From Convolutriloba macropyga (Eukaryota): a stretch of 64,000 nucleotides of DNA. Shown in pieces: positions 28,430 through 40,490 of the stretch (positions are counted from its first letter, which is position 1; every line of letters starts with the position of its first letter). A model generated the notes under the pieces. The model searched no databases, was not told the origin of the DNA, and worked only from the letters and a program-made list of their open reading frames with translations. The stretch spans positions 52,762,001-52,826,000 of the forward strand of contig NC_134472.1 in the NCBI RefSeq assembly GCF_964194025.1, written 5' to 3'. Both the position numbers and the translations under genes were made by a program.

Positions 28430-28545
28430 TGAAGTTTGAGCAGGCCAAACAGTTGTGAAAAGAAAAGGTACTAAGCAGAAAAGGATTATGACTGTCAACA
28501 ACAAATTAGTTTTGTTTTGGAAATTAATTTTATGACTTAGAAAAT

Positions 28546-28561
28546 TGCTGGGCCCATAAAC
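28546..28561 (-). other. Primer-binding site for the 5' half of initiator tRNA-Met
   Basis: Minus strand GTTTATGGGCCCAGCA directly after the 5' LTR. It is complementary to the tRNAiMet anticodon-arm sequence TGCTGGGCCCATAACC with 1 mismatch, as in Drosophila copia-type half-tRNA priming. Confidence 0.85.
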
Positions 28562-29170
28562 TGTTGGGTTATGGACTTTCGCAAGCGGAATAAAAAGCGT
28601 TTTTAACTAAGTAAAAGAATTAATTTCTCAAAAATGAGAGAATAACAAAATGATATTTTACAGTAGAATTTAGAGATTTACAGGAGAGATCTGATTATTA
28701 GATCAAGATGGTGATTTGAATTTGGGGATGAAAAAGGACTCAAAAATCAGCTGTATATATACCCATTATCAGTGTGAAAAAGTCAAGATACAAAACTAAT
28801 CTTAGCACCGTAATTTATAGTGGGGGTCGCAAAGGTTACCCAATATGGTTTGCTTCTGCAAATCAGTCGCAAAGGGAACCATAAATGGAATGCATTTGCA
28901 CTTTTCTAAGAATTCATTCACACTTCCGGAGATATCATCATCATTTATTACATGCTGGGAAGATTTTACATCACTTAATCTAACTCTAATAATAGTTATC
29001 TAGATTCACCAATTTGAACCGAATATTTATTCTCAGCACCATTTCTTGACGATTCATTTATATAATTTCTTTGATCGAAGTCATATTGCTTGTCTTTCTA
29101 ATCTGGTAAGTCAAACTTTCTTTCTAATTCTCACTAAGTTTAAGACTATAGTTTGATCGATATTCTAACA
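28562..29170 (-). repeat. 5' LTR (609 bp)
   Basis: Direct repeat of 23701-24309, adjacent to the PBS. Confidence 0.98.
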
Positions 29171-29175
29171 AACTT

Positions 29176-29700
29176 CGCCTGCATACACGTCTGTTCTTAT
29201 TTGAGAATCCATCAAGTTGTAAATTACAAAGCATGAACTAGTGTTTATTTTTTGAAAGTGTCCCATCTCTTCTTCGTTCGCTGGACAGTTAAGCCAAAAA
29301 TGTGGATGAGCTCGGGTCGGAACATTTTGCGCAAACACAATTTAACGAGCCTTTGTGTTTTAATACGGCCTAATAATCAGAGACATAACTAAATGGTACT
29401 CGTGTTGGCTCGTAACCAGAATCAGCAATAAACACCAAACTTCAGTCCATTACACTTGCAATACAAAAGTCAAACACATGATTTATTGCTTGTTGTCAAT
29501 AAAAACGTCTTTGAATATTGCGCAATTCCTCTTGATCGATATAACATGGATATAATTTTAGCACTGGAAGATAATAATCGACGGCGTGTACTTTTAGCGC
29601 TTTTATTTATTCAAAAGCAGACATTTTAATCTCGAATCTAAACAAACATACGTCGCTTGTGTGTCGAACAACAGTTGTTCCATAACTTATTTCCTCTCTT
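29176..29700 (-). mobile_element. Decayed older element fragment flanking the Copia insertion
   Basis: Minus-strand peptide VFAQNVPTRAHPHFWLNCPANEEEMGH; DNA similarity to 11622-11665. Confidence 0.45.
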
Positions 29701-32617
29701 CCGCTCTCCGTCAATCTGTCTTGTCACAAATGTCTCTTTCTCTTTCAATAATGGAGCGAATGCTACGATTCTTAGGAAGTTAGTCCTAGTTTAAATAAAC
29801 CCAATTAATTTCTCCCCCATTTTTGCTTCTTATTTACCACCACTGAGGTTGAATTTGTATTTGTATGTTCATTTTGAACAGAAAACATGAATAAACACAG
29901 TGAAAAGCATTATAAAAGGTATACTGAATTCAAATAATGTATTTTATATTCCGTTGGATATTTGTTTGTTTTTCTTATATTTATGCGCTTGTTTTTCTTT
30001 TCCATGCCCTTTAGCCATAGTTCATCAAAGACAAAATAACTTCCCCCTTAGGAAAAGTTGGTCTCGCGTCTCGTTCTCAATCTTTCTACCTTTTTGAGTT
30101 CATTAAATAGGCCGTCTTTTGATTAAGTCGATTTCAGCTATTTACAAAATGCTAGGTCTCAACTGTTTAATCCAATATCAAAAGCATTAACAAATGTAAA
30201 CACCCTTGGCGAAAATTACCCGGTCAATTTTGCATTTTTGATTTTATGGTAAACAGTATTTCAAACGGAATCGTGTAAAAATGTTGATACTTATCAAATT
30301 AGAACCACGTTTCATTTTGAAAACAGCCAGTGATTACTGTTTTTATTTCTGTTTTAGGGATCATAATTAGGGTAAAATATGTCCTTGGTTGTTTTGAAAT
30401 TTTGAAGTTTAAATTGTGAAAGAAATGAAGTGACGCGTGAAACCTTCTGTTTATAACTAAAGCAGGTCTATTCATATACCATTGTTGACTATATTTCCCT
30501 ATTCCATTCAAGTTATGCATTACACAAATTTGCATGAACAAACTCGCTCAATTGTCTTTTTTTTCAGCTCAAAGCAAAGAACTGAAAAAAGAAGTGAAAA
30601 GATTACTTGTTCACCAGATAGGCAATTGTTTGTTCATAACCTTAACCCCAAGAGACTAAAAAGCCCAACTTTTCCTAAATTGCCCGCTGTCTTTTCCTTG
30701 AATTATCCATTATAACAATTCCCCCTCCCCGTAAATTCTTAGCAAGGAAAATGAGTGACAACTTTAAGCCTAACCAGTCGAAAATTGGCTTGTCTCTCTA
30801 TAGCTCCATCAAGCCATTTAAGTTATATTACATCATTTGAATTTCTGTATACAGTTAAAATGTCCAAGCCGGAAATTGGATTAATTTGAAGCTTAATTGC
30901 TTTTGGGGAAAATCGTTTTTATCATAACTTGGGCTATAATTTTTCCGCATCAAAAGTGGCTTTTCTCAGCCTATCTTGAAACTTCAAAGCGCCATTTCTG
31001 CGTAAGCTAGAAAGCGTGACTGTTTAATGAAGCCATTTCAAATCGATTTACCTTTTTGCTTTCCTTTTTGGTAACCTTTCTTCCTTTTCCGCTTTTTCCA
31101 TATCTTTTACAATCAACCAACAGGCTAGACTGATTATAGCCATTGAACTTGCAACATCTGAAGATTTCCGAGTCGTTGCTTTGAAACAGCCTTTTATGGT
31201 GCTTCCTTTAATGTTTAAAAGTTACTCCAAAATTATTTCTTTTTATCGCGACATTTGGTTTAAAGTTATACATCCATCTAAATAAATTGATCAATTACAG
31301 GCGTTGAAAAGTTTCATGAACACGGATTGAAATCTCTAACAGTGATCTTTAAAATATCTTGTCTAAACTTGTCTTAATAAAAAAAGTAAGAGCATAAAAT
31401 GAGTTGTTGCATAAATAAAGATATAAATTTAATATAATTTGGACTTTTTTCTGTTTTGGATAGATGTTCGAAAATTATTCTTTGCAGTGGGCGTGAAATG
31501 ATTCGTTGTGAAATCCATGAATGATTTGTTCTCGGACAGACTAGACGTCATTTGTCAGGAAATTACCACATTAATCAACTTTCTTAACTTATACTATCAA
31601 AATTGCGGAGCTCCATAATTTAGGCGCAGAACCGCAATATATCCCACCAAAATACTCGTTTCTACTATCAACCGGGCTTTTTTGCTGGCTCGCTTTCACT
31701 ACAGTTTACAACCCTCTCAGAAATTCATTAATCACTTTGGCAACGCAACATTTTTTTTTCAAAATTTAATAACAAAAAGTTGAAAACAATAAGAGATATT
31801 TCAAAGAAAATATATTCTATTGAAGATGGGTGAATCCTTTATTGCAATTATTTAATATGACTTGATATGGACTATTGATGAGGAGAGGACAAAGGCCTGA
31901 AATAACATCCTAAACTAACATCTAAAAATGCAAAAAAGATTATGTGAACAAATTTTTCTGTTTGTTTCAAAGTGCTTGCTTTTTTAAACACAAAATTAAA
32001 TGAACGCTCAGTTAAAGAAAAAACTTTTTAAAGACGGTTTGAATCCGCATCTTAATGATATTTATCGTTTGACTTTTTTGATAGCTTATTTTGAGTGCAA
32101 AAGAAAATGAAAACTTTGAATCATTGATTGCAAGATTGTAAATGGCACCAGTATCGTATGGCATAGAGTGCATTTCGTAGAGGTTTTGCCCTGATCGAAA
32201 ACGTTGGTCGACCTGGTAGTTAAGAAAATAGACAAGCGAGAATTTTTTATAGAGAAAATTATTGTTTCAACCATTGCCATCGAAAATGCGAGTTTTTGAA
32301 GAGAAAATTTCAGAATCATTGCATGATCAATTTTGTTGACAAAATTGTCAAACATTTGTATTGTTGATTTGTAGAAAAAAAGCAATGTATCAATCTAATA
32401 TTTTCCCAAAACCGTTTTCATGTCCCTTCAGTACTATCACAAGATCTTCTGAAAGTAATTATTCTGTATCCAATTATTTGAATTATAGTAGTTCTGCAAA
32501 GTATTAATTACTTTAGCCACCAAATTTCTTGATTTGATTTTCTATATTTTACGCTTATTGTATGTGCTCAAGATCTTTTTTAAAGAAGAAGATTAGTTTG
32601 GTGTCTGTAGAGCGTCT

Positions 32618-34756
32618 GATCAATTGATTGGACAATTAAAACATAGAGCAGTTACCTTTGGCTCATGAAAAACAGTAAAACCTGAACAAAAATTGACAAT
32701 ATGGGCAGCATTTTTAATCTTAAGGCAAACTTAAATAATCAAAGTTTAAGGTTTATCAAAGCTTTTATAGGTAGCAACCTTCTGTATGGAGCAATTTAAC
32801 GTTATTTTTTTTGTTTTGATCAATTGATTGGACAACCTTTGGCTCATGAAAAACAGTAAAACCTGAATAAAAATTGACAATATGGACAGCATTTTTAATC
32901 TTAAGGCAAACATAAATAATCAAAGTTTAACGTTTATCAAAGCTTTTATAGGTAGCAATCTTCTGTATGGAGCAATTTAACCTTATTTTTTTGTTTTGAT
33001 CAATTGATTGGACAATTAAACTATAGATCAGTTACCTTCGGCTCATGAAAAACAGTATAACCTGAAAAAAAATTGACAAAATGGACAGCATTTTTAATCT
33101 TAAGGCAAACATATATAATCAAAGTTTAACGTTTATCAAAGCTTTTATAGGTAGCAATCTTCTGTATGGAGCAATTTAACGTTATTTTTTTGTTTTGATC
33201 AATTGATTGGACAATTAAATATAGAGCAGTTACCTTTGGCTCATGAAAAACAGTCAAACCTGAACAAAAATTGACAATATGGACAGCATTTTTAATCTTA
33301 AGGCAAACTTAAATAATCAAAGTTTAAGGTTTATCAAAGCTTTTATAGGTAGCAACCTTCCGTATGGAGCAATTTAACGTTATTTTTTTTTGTTTTCATC
33401 AATTGATTGGACAATTAAACTATAGAGCAGTTACCTTTGGCTCATGAAAACAGTAAAACCTGAATATAAATTGACAATATGGAAAGCATTTTTAATTTTA
33501 AGGCAAACATATATAATCAAAGTTTAACGTTTATCAAAGCTTTTATAGGTAGCAACCTTCCCTATGGAGCAATTTAACGTTATTTTTTTTGTTTTCATCA
33601 ATTGATTGGACAATTATACTATAGAGCAGTTACCTTTGGCTAATGAAAACAGTAAAACCTGAATATAAATTGACAATATGGAAAGCATTTTTAATCTTAA
33701 GGCAAACATATTTAATCAAAGTTTAACGTTTATCAAAGCTTTTATAGGTAGCAATCTTCTTTATGGACCAATTTAACGTTATTTTTTTGTTTTGATCAAT
33801 TGATTGGACAATTAAACTATAGAGCAGTTACCTTTGGCTCATGAAAAACAGTAAAACCTGAAAAAAAATTGACAATATGGACAGCATTTTTAGTCTTAAG
33901 GCAAACATAAATAATCAAAGTTTAACGTTTATCAAAGCTTTTACAGGTAGCAATCTTCTGTATGGAGCAATTTAACCTTATTTTTTTGTTTTGATCAATT
34001 GATTGGACAATTAAACTATAGATCAGTTACCTTCGGCTCATGAAAAACAGTATAACCTGAAAAAAAATTGACAAAATGGACAGCATTTTTAATCTTAAGG
34101 CAAACATAAATAATCAAAGTTTAACGTTTATCAAAGCTTTTATAGGTAGCAATCTTCTGTATGGAGCAATTTAACGTTATTTTTTTTTGTTTTGATCAAT
34201 TGATTGGACAACTTTTGGCTCATGAAAAACAGTAAAACCTGAATAAAAATTGACAATATGGACAGCATTTTTAATCTTAAGGCAAACATATATAATCAAA
34301 GTTTAACGTTTATCAAAGCTTTTATAGGTAGCAATCTTCTGTATGGAGCAATTTAACGTTATTTTTTTGTTTTGATCAATTGATTGGACAATTAAATATA
34401 GAGCAGTTACCTTTGGCTCATGAAAAACAGTAAAACCTGAAAAAAAAATTGACAGTATGGACAGGATTTTTAATCTTAAGGCAAACATAAATAATCAAAG
34501 TTTAACGTTTATCAAAGCTTTTATAGGTAGCAATCTTCTGTATGGAGCAATTTAACGTTATTTTTTTTGTTTTGATCAATTGATTGGACAACCTTTGGCT
34601 CATGAAAAACAGTAAAACCTGAATAAAAATTGACAATATGGACAGCATTTTTAATCTTAAGGCAAACATAAATAATCAAAGTTTAACGTTTATCAAAGCT
34701 TTTATAGGTAGCAATCTTCTGTATGGAGCAATTTAACGTTATTTTTTTGTTTTGAT
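32618..34756. repeat. Satellite array, 11 units of ~200 bp or 180 bp
   Basis: Unit starts (g/c)atcaattgattggacaa at 32618, 32818, 32998, 33197, 33397, 33596, 33794, 33993, 34194, 34374 and 34574; array ends ~34756. Confidence 0.98.
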
Positions 34757-37563
34757 GCAACATGCAAGCAAGTAAAACATAGTCTGAAGTTTGCCTTCAT
34801 GTAATATTAGTTCATGCAACGTGAGTATCACGTTCGTCTGCTGGCCGAATACACTAGGAGGAAAAAGTCTTATAATTCAAGAGTATATTGCGTCTGAGTC
34901 TCAACCGTCTTGCGTCAAAGAGAGTGAATCATCTATGTAGGCAGACAAAAGAACATAGCATAACCTTCGCTATAGCAGTTAATCATTACAAGGTCATAGT
35001 AGTTTGTAGCAGACAATGAACTAAAGACCTTTTACAATCATCGGGTACAAAAACACAAACGTCCGTCAAAGCGATTATCAAATACCTTATTGTGTTTGAA
35101 ATACGTGTACCACAAAATGCTAGTCAATGTTTCTTACTGTAGCAGAAACGGATAAAGAAGTAACTAAAGATTAATCTGGATTTTTTTAATGTGTTCGATG
35201 AAACAAACTATCATGAAATTGTTGTTGGTAAATTCTGTACCGGAAACGTAAATAACAGCGTGGCACTTTTTCCAACTATCATTAGTTGAAGTCTTCCTTC
35301 GTTCAGAAAATATATTTGGGCGATAATAAGACAAGTTTGTGTGTTTGCATTTTTGTTCCTGTGTTTCAAAATTGAAAAAAAACTTTTGGGAAAATTTACA
35401 TTTTAAGGCAGGAATTTGATTGAAAAAAAGGCAGGGATCTATTCCGTTTTGCCCCTTGATGTTTATTACCCCTCTTCATAAATTTTGATTTGCTATTAAG
35501 AACAATAATTTTTAAACTGCCGCACGGGCTCCTGGTATGCATTGTTTTCATTGCCTAAATAATCTCCAAACAGAATAGATGCAAAAATATTTCCAATCAC
35601 TAAATTTTGGATCCAATATATCACCTGTGCCCTTTTTGAATGCCACTCGGCAAACTATGTGTCATTATGTAGCCTTTCTTTTGTCTGAAAAAAAGCGTTT
35701 GCACTTGCTGTTAGTATTGCTTGCTAGGAACTCACAGGAGAATAGATGAAAGATTTCGAAGTGTTTGCTGCTCTTACTCAATACAGTCAAGCATGAAAAT
35801 CTTTCGAAGAGCAGTTTTACATTGAAGTATTGTCATGATCATGGTGAAACACCAAGTTAGAGAATATCGATCTATTCTGGAATCTTTGCAAGAAGCAGCT
35901 TGCTTTTTGGTACCTAGTAGAGAATTTCAAAATTTCATTCTTGCTTTTCAAAATTTTATTTGTTATACATTATTGAGAACACGAGATGTGAACGGAAGCC
36001 TTTGTTTCTGACCAGCTAAAATCACTCTAGGCAAAACAATGGACCCTTGTTCATGGCCATGCAAAAAATCTAGCTCTCTGTCTCTGATTTGTCAATGAAT
36101 TGCGCTCTTAGTTTCTATTTAAGAATTGACCCCCCCCCCCTTGACAATGGGAGACAATAGGGGGGAAATTTTTCCAAAATAACAATCACTCGTTATTGTT
36201 GTTAATACTGAGTCAGTTGCAAACGAAATCTTTAAAAAGGGAGAATAAACTACAGACAAATTCTCACAGCGGGAATGACTTCTGAGTAAAAATTTGGTGC
36301 TAGAGTTGTTCCAGAGCATCTATATTGTTTTTAGAAAATGGAGATTAGGAGTCTTCAACAATTGTGGGAATTTTTGGAGTATTTTTTTGGCTTGAAAGAA
36401 AGCTGGCCTTTAATTGCCTAATTTTTGTTTACCTCAAGGTCACTTGGTCATACCAGGAGTCTGCCTGCTGTTGATTTACATTTTTCCTTTGTCAAGTGTT
36501 CTCTACCACAATTTTGAACAGTGCTCTCACGATAGGAAAGATTTCAGTCATGTCTCGGCAAACCAATCTATTTCAAAGTTCCGTTCTTTTTTGATAATTG
36601 TGCGAATAAGACATTCCGCCTTGTTTTCAAAATACGTTCTTCTCAGTCAGCAAAAAAGGTGTGGCTTTTGTAAAAAAAAGATTCGTCTTATATGTGACAA
36701 CATTGACCAGAATAGAGGCCATAATTGTCAGTTAATTCATAAACTAAAGCGACCGGTAAAGCTATTTATTCAGATAGAAGTTGGCTTGAGGCAAAATTTA
36801 AATCAAAATTATGACAAAAGGGCTCTATTATTTCAAGTGTTATTACAACTGCGAACTAAAGATTTTTTCAATTACACAATTCGCTTTGTTATTACAGTCT
36901 TCACGGCAAAGTGTTACAAAAAGTGTACAATTTTGTATGTTTTACTTTTGTATGTTATTAAACTGTTTTAACTCAAAAGAGCTTTCTTACCAATTTTTCT
37001 CACCTGGTGGTAAAACGATACTCTTTTGGACATCAAATTTCCCTTAGGTGGGTTTTTGAAGCTGAAATTGAAACATTAAATCAGACAATTTGTCGTCTTT
37101 TTTTATTAAATTTTGCCTCCCTTAAGAGTGAAAATATTTGACAGGTTATTTTTACTTTCAATTATTGAAAATTTATTATCCATTATTTCGTATATGCCTT
37201 TACAGTTTTCTATCTTGGCATTTAAGTGAATATATCGAGTACAATAAGATTAAGTCGTTATGATAGTGAAAAAGTGTTCATATTTAATGAAAGATTTCAA
37301 CAATTTTATAGCATTTCAACAACCCTATTCGCCAAATCGACTCTTGCCCTTTATTTACACGCAGGCGGGCGCTGAGTTCATGTCATTTGCAGCCATTTCA
37401 ACCAATTATCACCTCTAGTTGCCAGCTATAACTCAGTAATAACTTATGTAATAACCAATTGGTTTTGAAGAGTGGTTAATATTGTTGCCGATCAGTGATG
37501 GTAGTTCAGTATGAGAAAAAGTGTACACCATTCAAGGTGTTGGAATTATGCAGATGTACTTTT

Positions 37564-37645
37564 ATGGAGTTTTTACCCCCTCCGCACCACGGTTTGAACA
37601 AAGCTCTTCCGCCACCTCCACCCCACTTTCATCCTACAACAACAA
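37564..37645 (+). CDS. Candidate proline-rich exon (alternative first or internal exon) of the host gene
   Basis: MEFLPPPHHGLNKALPPPPPHFHPTTT ending at donor a|gtaagc (phase 1), compatible with the exon at 45183. 5' boundary uncertain. Confidence 0.5.
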
Positions 37646-38417
37646 GTAAGCATCTGAGTCTGTATAATAATAACAAGAAGCTTGTTATTATTAAACAGAA
37701 TTTTGTTTTCAGACCTGTTTTGGGCTTGCCTAGGCTTGGATTTAGACTTAACCAGTCATAGATCAGACTTGTATTTAGACTGCCAAGTGTAAAAAGCGCC
37801 ATGACCATAGTTCTGAATCAGTAATGAAATAAGACTTGAAATTAGACTTGCCCAGTACTGAAATAGACTTGGCGTTAGGTTCGGGAGGCTCGCGTGAGTA
37901 TGCGAGTAGGCTTATAAATAAAAACGACTACCTTTTAAGCTACCTGGGGAGTGCTGGGGAGGCTTTGACTTCGTTCGCCAGATTTTATTTTGTTACATAC
38001 AAAACCGGGAAATTGTTTGTTATTGCAATCTTGCTTTATATATTTGTTTCACGAGTTTATGTTACCGTGATTTCTTAAGATTGTTAATCAAATCTTACAA
38101 AAAAAAAGATATGGAAAGTGGAACAATTACGCAGCAAATAACTGTTCTATCTAAAGTTTTTGATGTCTGTAATAGAATTTTCGGATATCCATACCTTAGT
38201 TATCAAAGAAATCCAAATCTTGCAAGCAATCTTGTAAGGTAGTAGGGGAGTAGACATAACTTCAGTTTTTCTACAGCTGGTCGACAAAAATCTCATATCC
38301 TAAATGTTTTTATAATTTTGGTTTCAGAGGAAGAGTTTTTGTTCGAAAGATGTTGCACTTGCTACGAGATGCTTATAAATACCGTAGAGCTTCCAAATTT
38401 TGGTATGCAGAAGTTGT

Positions 38418-40490
38418 CCGGGACAACTGCGAATGGTTATCTTGTAAGATCTCACAAGGTTCTGACGGAATCTTAGAAGATAAACATTCGTCTTACAAGA
38501 TCTTATAAAACAACCATTTGCCTTGAAAGACTTTTACAAAATAACCGTTCTTCTAAAAGAATTGTACAAGATAATTGTTTGTCTTTAAAGAACTTGACAA
38601 GATAACTGTTCGTTTTAAAAAAAATCCTAGAAATCCGTTTATCTTAAATCCCAAAGATCTGTGTTTGAAGCATTGAAGTCTACTAAACATCCAAAATATT
38701 CCTGAATAAACTCAAGTGCGCTCGCTGTTTTTTGTCAGGTTTCTTGGAGGGCAAGAAACAATTAGTGGTATTGGAAAATCAATTTTTTAAAAGCAAAACG
38801 GCCTTCTCATGACTGTCCATGAGTTCAGCGTTGAATGATTTTGGTTTCCGCCACTTCTTGTCCTGTTTTGCCAAGCTACTTCGAGGGTATTGAGGCCCAT
38901 TTCAGATTCAAAGAAAACATATATATTTAAAACACCATTTTGTTGAAAATGGTAATATAGATTTCATGTATGATGACAAATATATGAAAAAAAATAATCG
39001 ATTGAAGAAAATGATCGGTAAAAATCAGAGCAAAAATTGGTCACAAGAAGTGTTTATAGCATGAATTGGTTTGGTTGTGTTCCAGAAGTCAGAGAGAGAC
39101 CAGGAGTGTTTGATGAAAAACAAAAACGATCAGAGATCATATCGCTCTTCTTTCAAATATTATATAAAAGTTTTATATGCATTTTTGATTACATGCTTTA
39201 TTTTTGTTCTTTAGCGAGAACTGAAAGCTTTTCATGTTTTTCTTAGATCAATAAGAAGCAAACTATAAATATTTTTAATTGTTATTACCGACAGCGGCAA
39301 AGCTGTGAAAGAGCTCACCACAAATTTTAGCAAATTTTGTCCAAGAAGTGCCAATTAGTTTTTTTGTAACACAGCTAAGTTTACTATATATCCAATTTAT
39401 TCCTCAAAGAACTCAATTCCGCTCATTTTTTTCTATTTCAATGAGAAACTCTCTTGAAAGGGTAAAAAAAAACAGTTTATGGTATTGGAAATTCAAATTT
39501 TGGAGCAAAACGGCCTTCTCATGACTGTCCATGAGTTCAGCGTTGAATGATTTTGGTTTCCGCCACTTCTTGTCCTGTTTTGCCATGCTACTTCGAGGGT
39601 ATTGAGGCCCATTTCAGATTCAAAGAAAACATATATATTTAAAACACCATTTTGTTGAAAATGGTAATATAGATTTCATGTATGATGACAAATATATGAA
39701 AAAAAATAATCGATTGAAGAAATTGATCGGCAAAAATCAGAGCAAAAATTGGTCACAAGAAGTGTTTATAGCATGAATTGGTTTGTTTGTGTTCTGGAAG
39801 TCAGAGAGAGACCAGGAGTTTTTGATGAAAAACAAAAACGATCAGAGATCATATCGCTCTTCTTTCAAACATTATATAAAAATTTTATATGCATTTTTGA
39901 TTACATGCTTTATTTTTGTTCTTTAGCAAGAACTGAAAGCTTTTCATGTTTTTCTTAGTTCAATAGGAAGCAAGCTATTAATATTTTTAATTGTTATTAC
40001 CGACAGCGGCAAAGCTGTGAAAGAGCTCACCACAAATTTTAGCAAATTTTGTCCAAGAAGTGCTAATTAGTTTTTTTTGTAACACAGCTAAGTTTACTAT
40101 ATATCCAATTTATTGCTCAAAGAACTCAATTCCGCTCATTTTTTTCTATTTCAATGAGTAACTCTCTTGAAAGGGTAAAAAAACAGTTTATGGTATTGGA
40201 AATTCAAATTTTGGAGCAAAATGGACTGTCCATATGACCTTCTCAGGACTGTCCATATGTTTAGTGACTAATGATTTTGGTTTCCATCACTTTTTGGGCC
40301 TGCGTTCCTTGCTAATCTCAGCTTATTGGTGTCCCTTTTAGATGTTATTAAACTGTAATTTTTCATTGTTTTAATTTTGCAAGTATTTCACAAGATAATT
40401 TGTCGTCGTACAATATCTTATAAGTTAAAATTTTTTTGCAAGATTCTTGTAAGACCTTACAAGATAAAAACCCAATCTCGCCCCCCGTGG
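38418..40490. mobile_element. Older TIR element related to 14514-15390
   Basis: ttatcttgtaagatctcacaag near the left end vs inverted ttatcttgtaaggtcttacaag near the right end; degenerate ~31-bp caagata subterminal repeats at both ends. Exact termini and TSD unclear. Confidence 0.5.
38767..40290. repeat. Tandem duplication, 712-bp unit, ~2.1 copies
   Basis: tggtattggaaa at 38767, 39480 and 40191; paired ORFs at 39037 and 39749. Confidence 0.95.

Larger units (their letters stand above)
23701..29170 (-). mobile_element. Full-length Ty1/Copia LTR retrotransposon (coding-defective)
   Basis: Paired TG...CA LTRs; 5-bp TSD aactt at 23696-23700 and 29171-29175; PBS and polypurine tract; domain order gag-PR-IN-RT-RH, diagnostic of Copia. 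Confidence 0.98.

Noticed and set aside
26131-28458. Numerous short ORFs antisense or out of frame to Copia gag-pol
   Set aside because: Shadow ORFs of a GC-richer coding region; no motifs.
28546-28561. tRNA-Met gene
   Set aside because: Only a 14-16-nt match, which is the PBS; no cloverleaf.
32618-34756. CRISPR-like array
   Set aside because: Whole units repeat with no unique spacers, there are no cas genes, and the context is eukaryotic.
36414-36971. 185-aa plus-strand ORF
   Set aside because: TTG start, composition typical of AT-rich non-coding DNA, no motif or clear splice signals.
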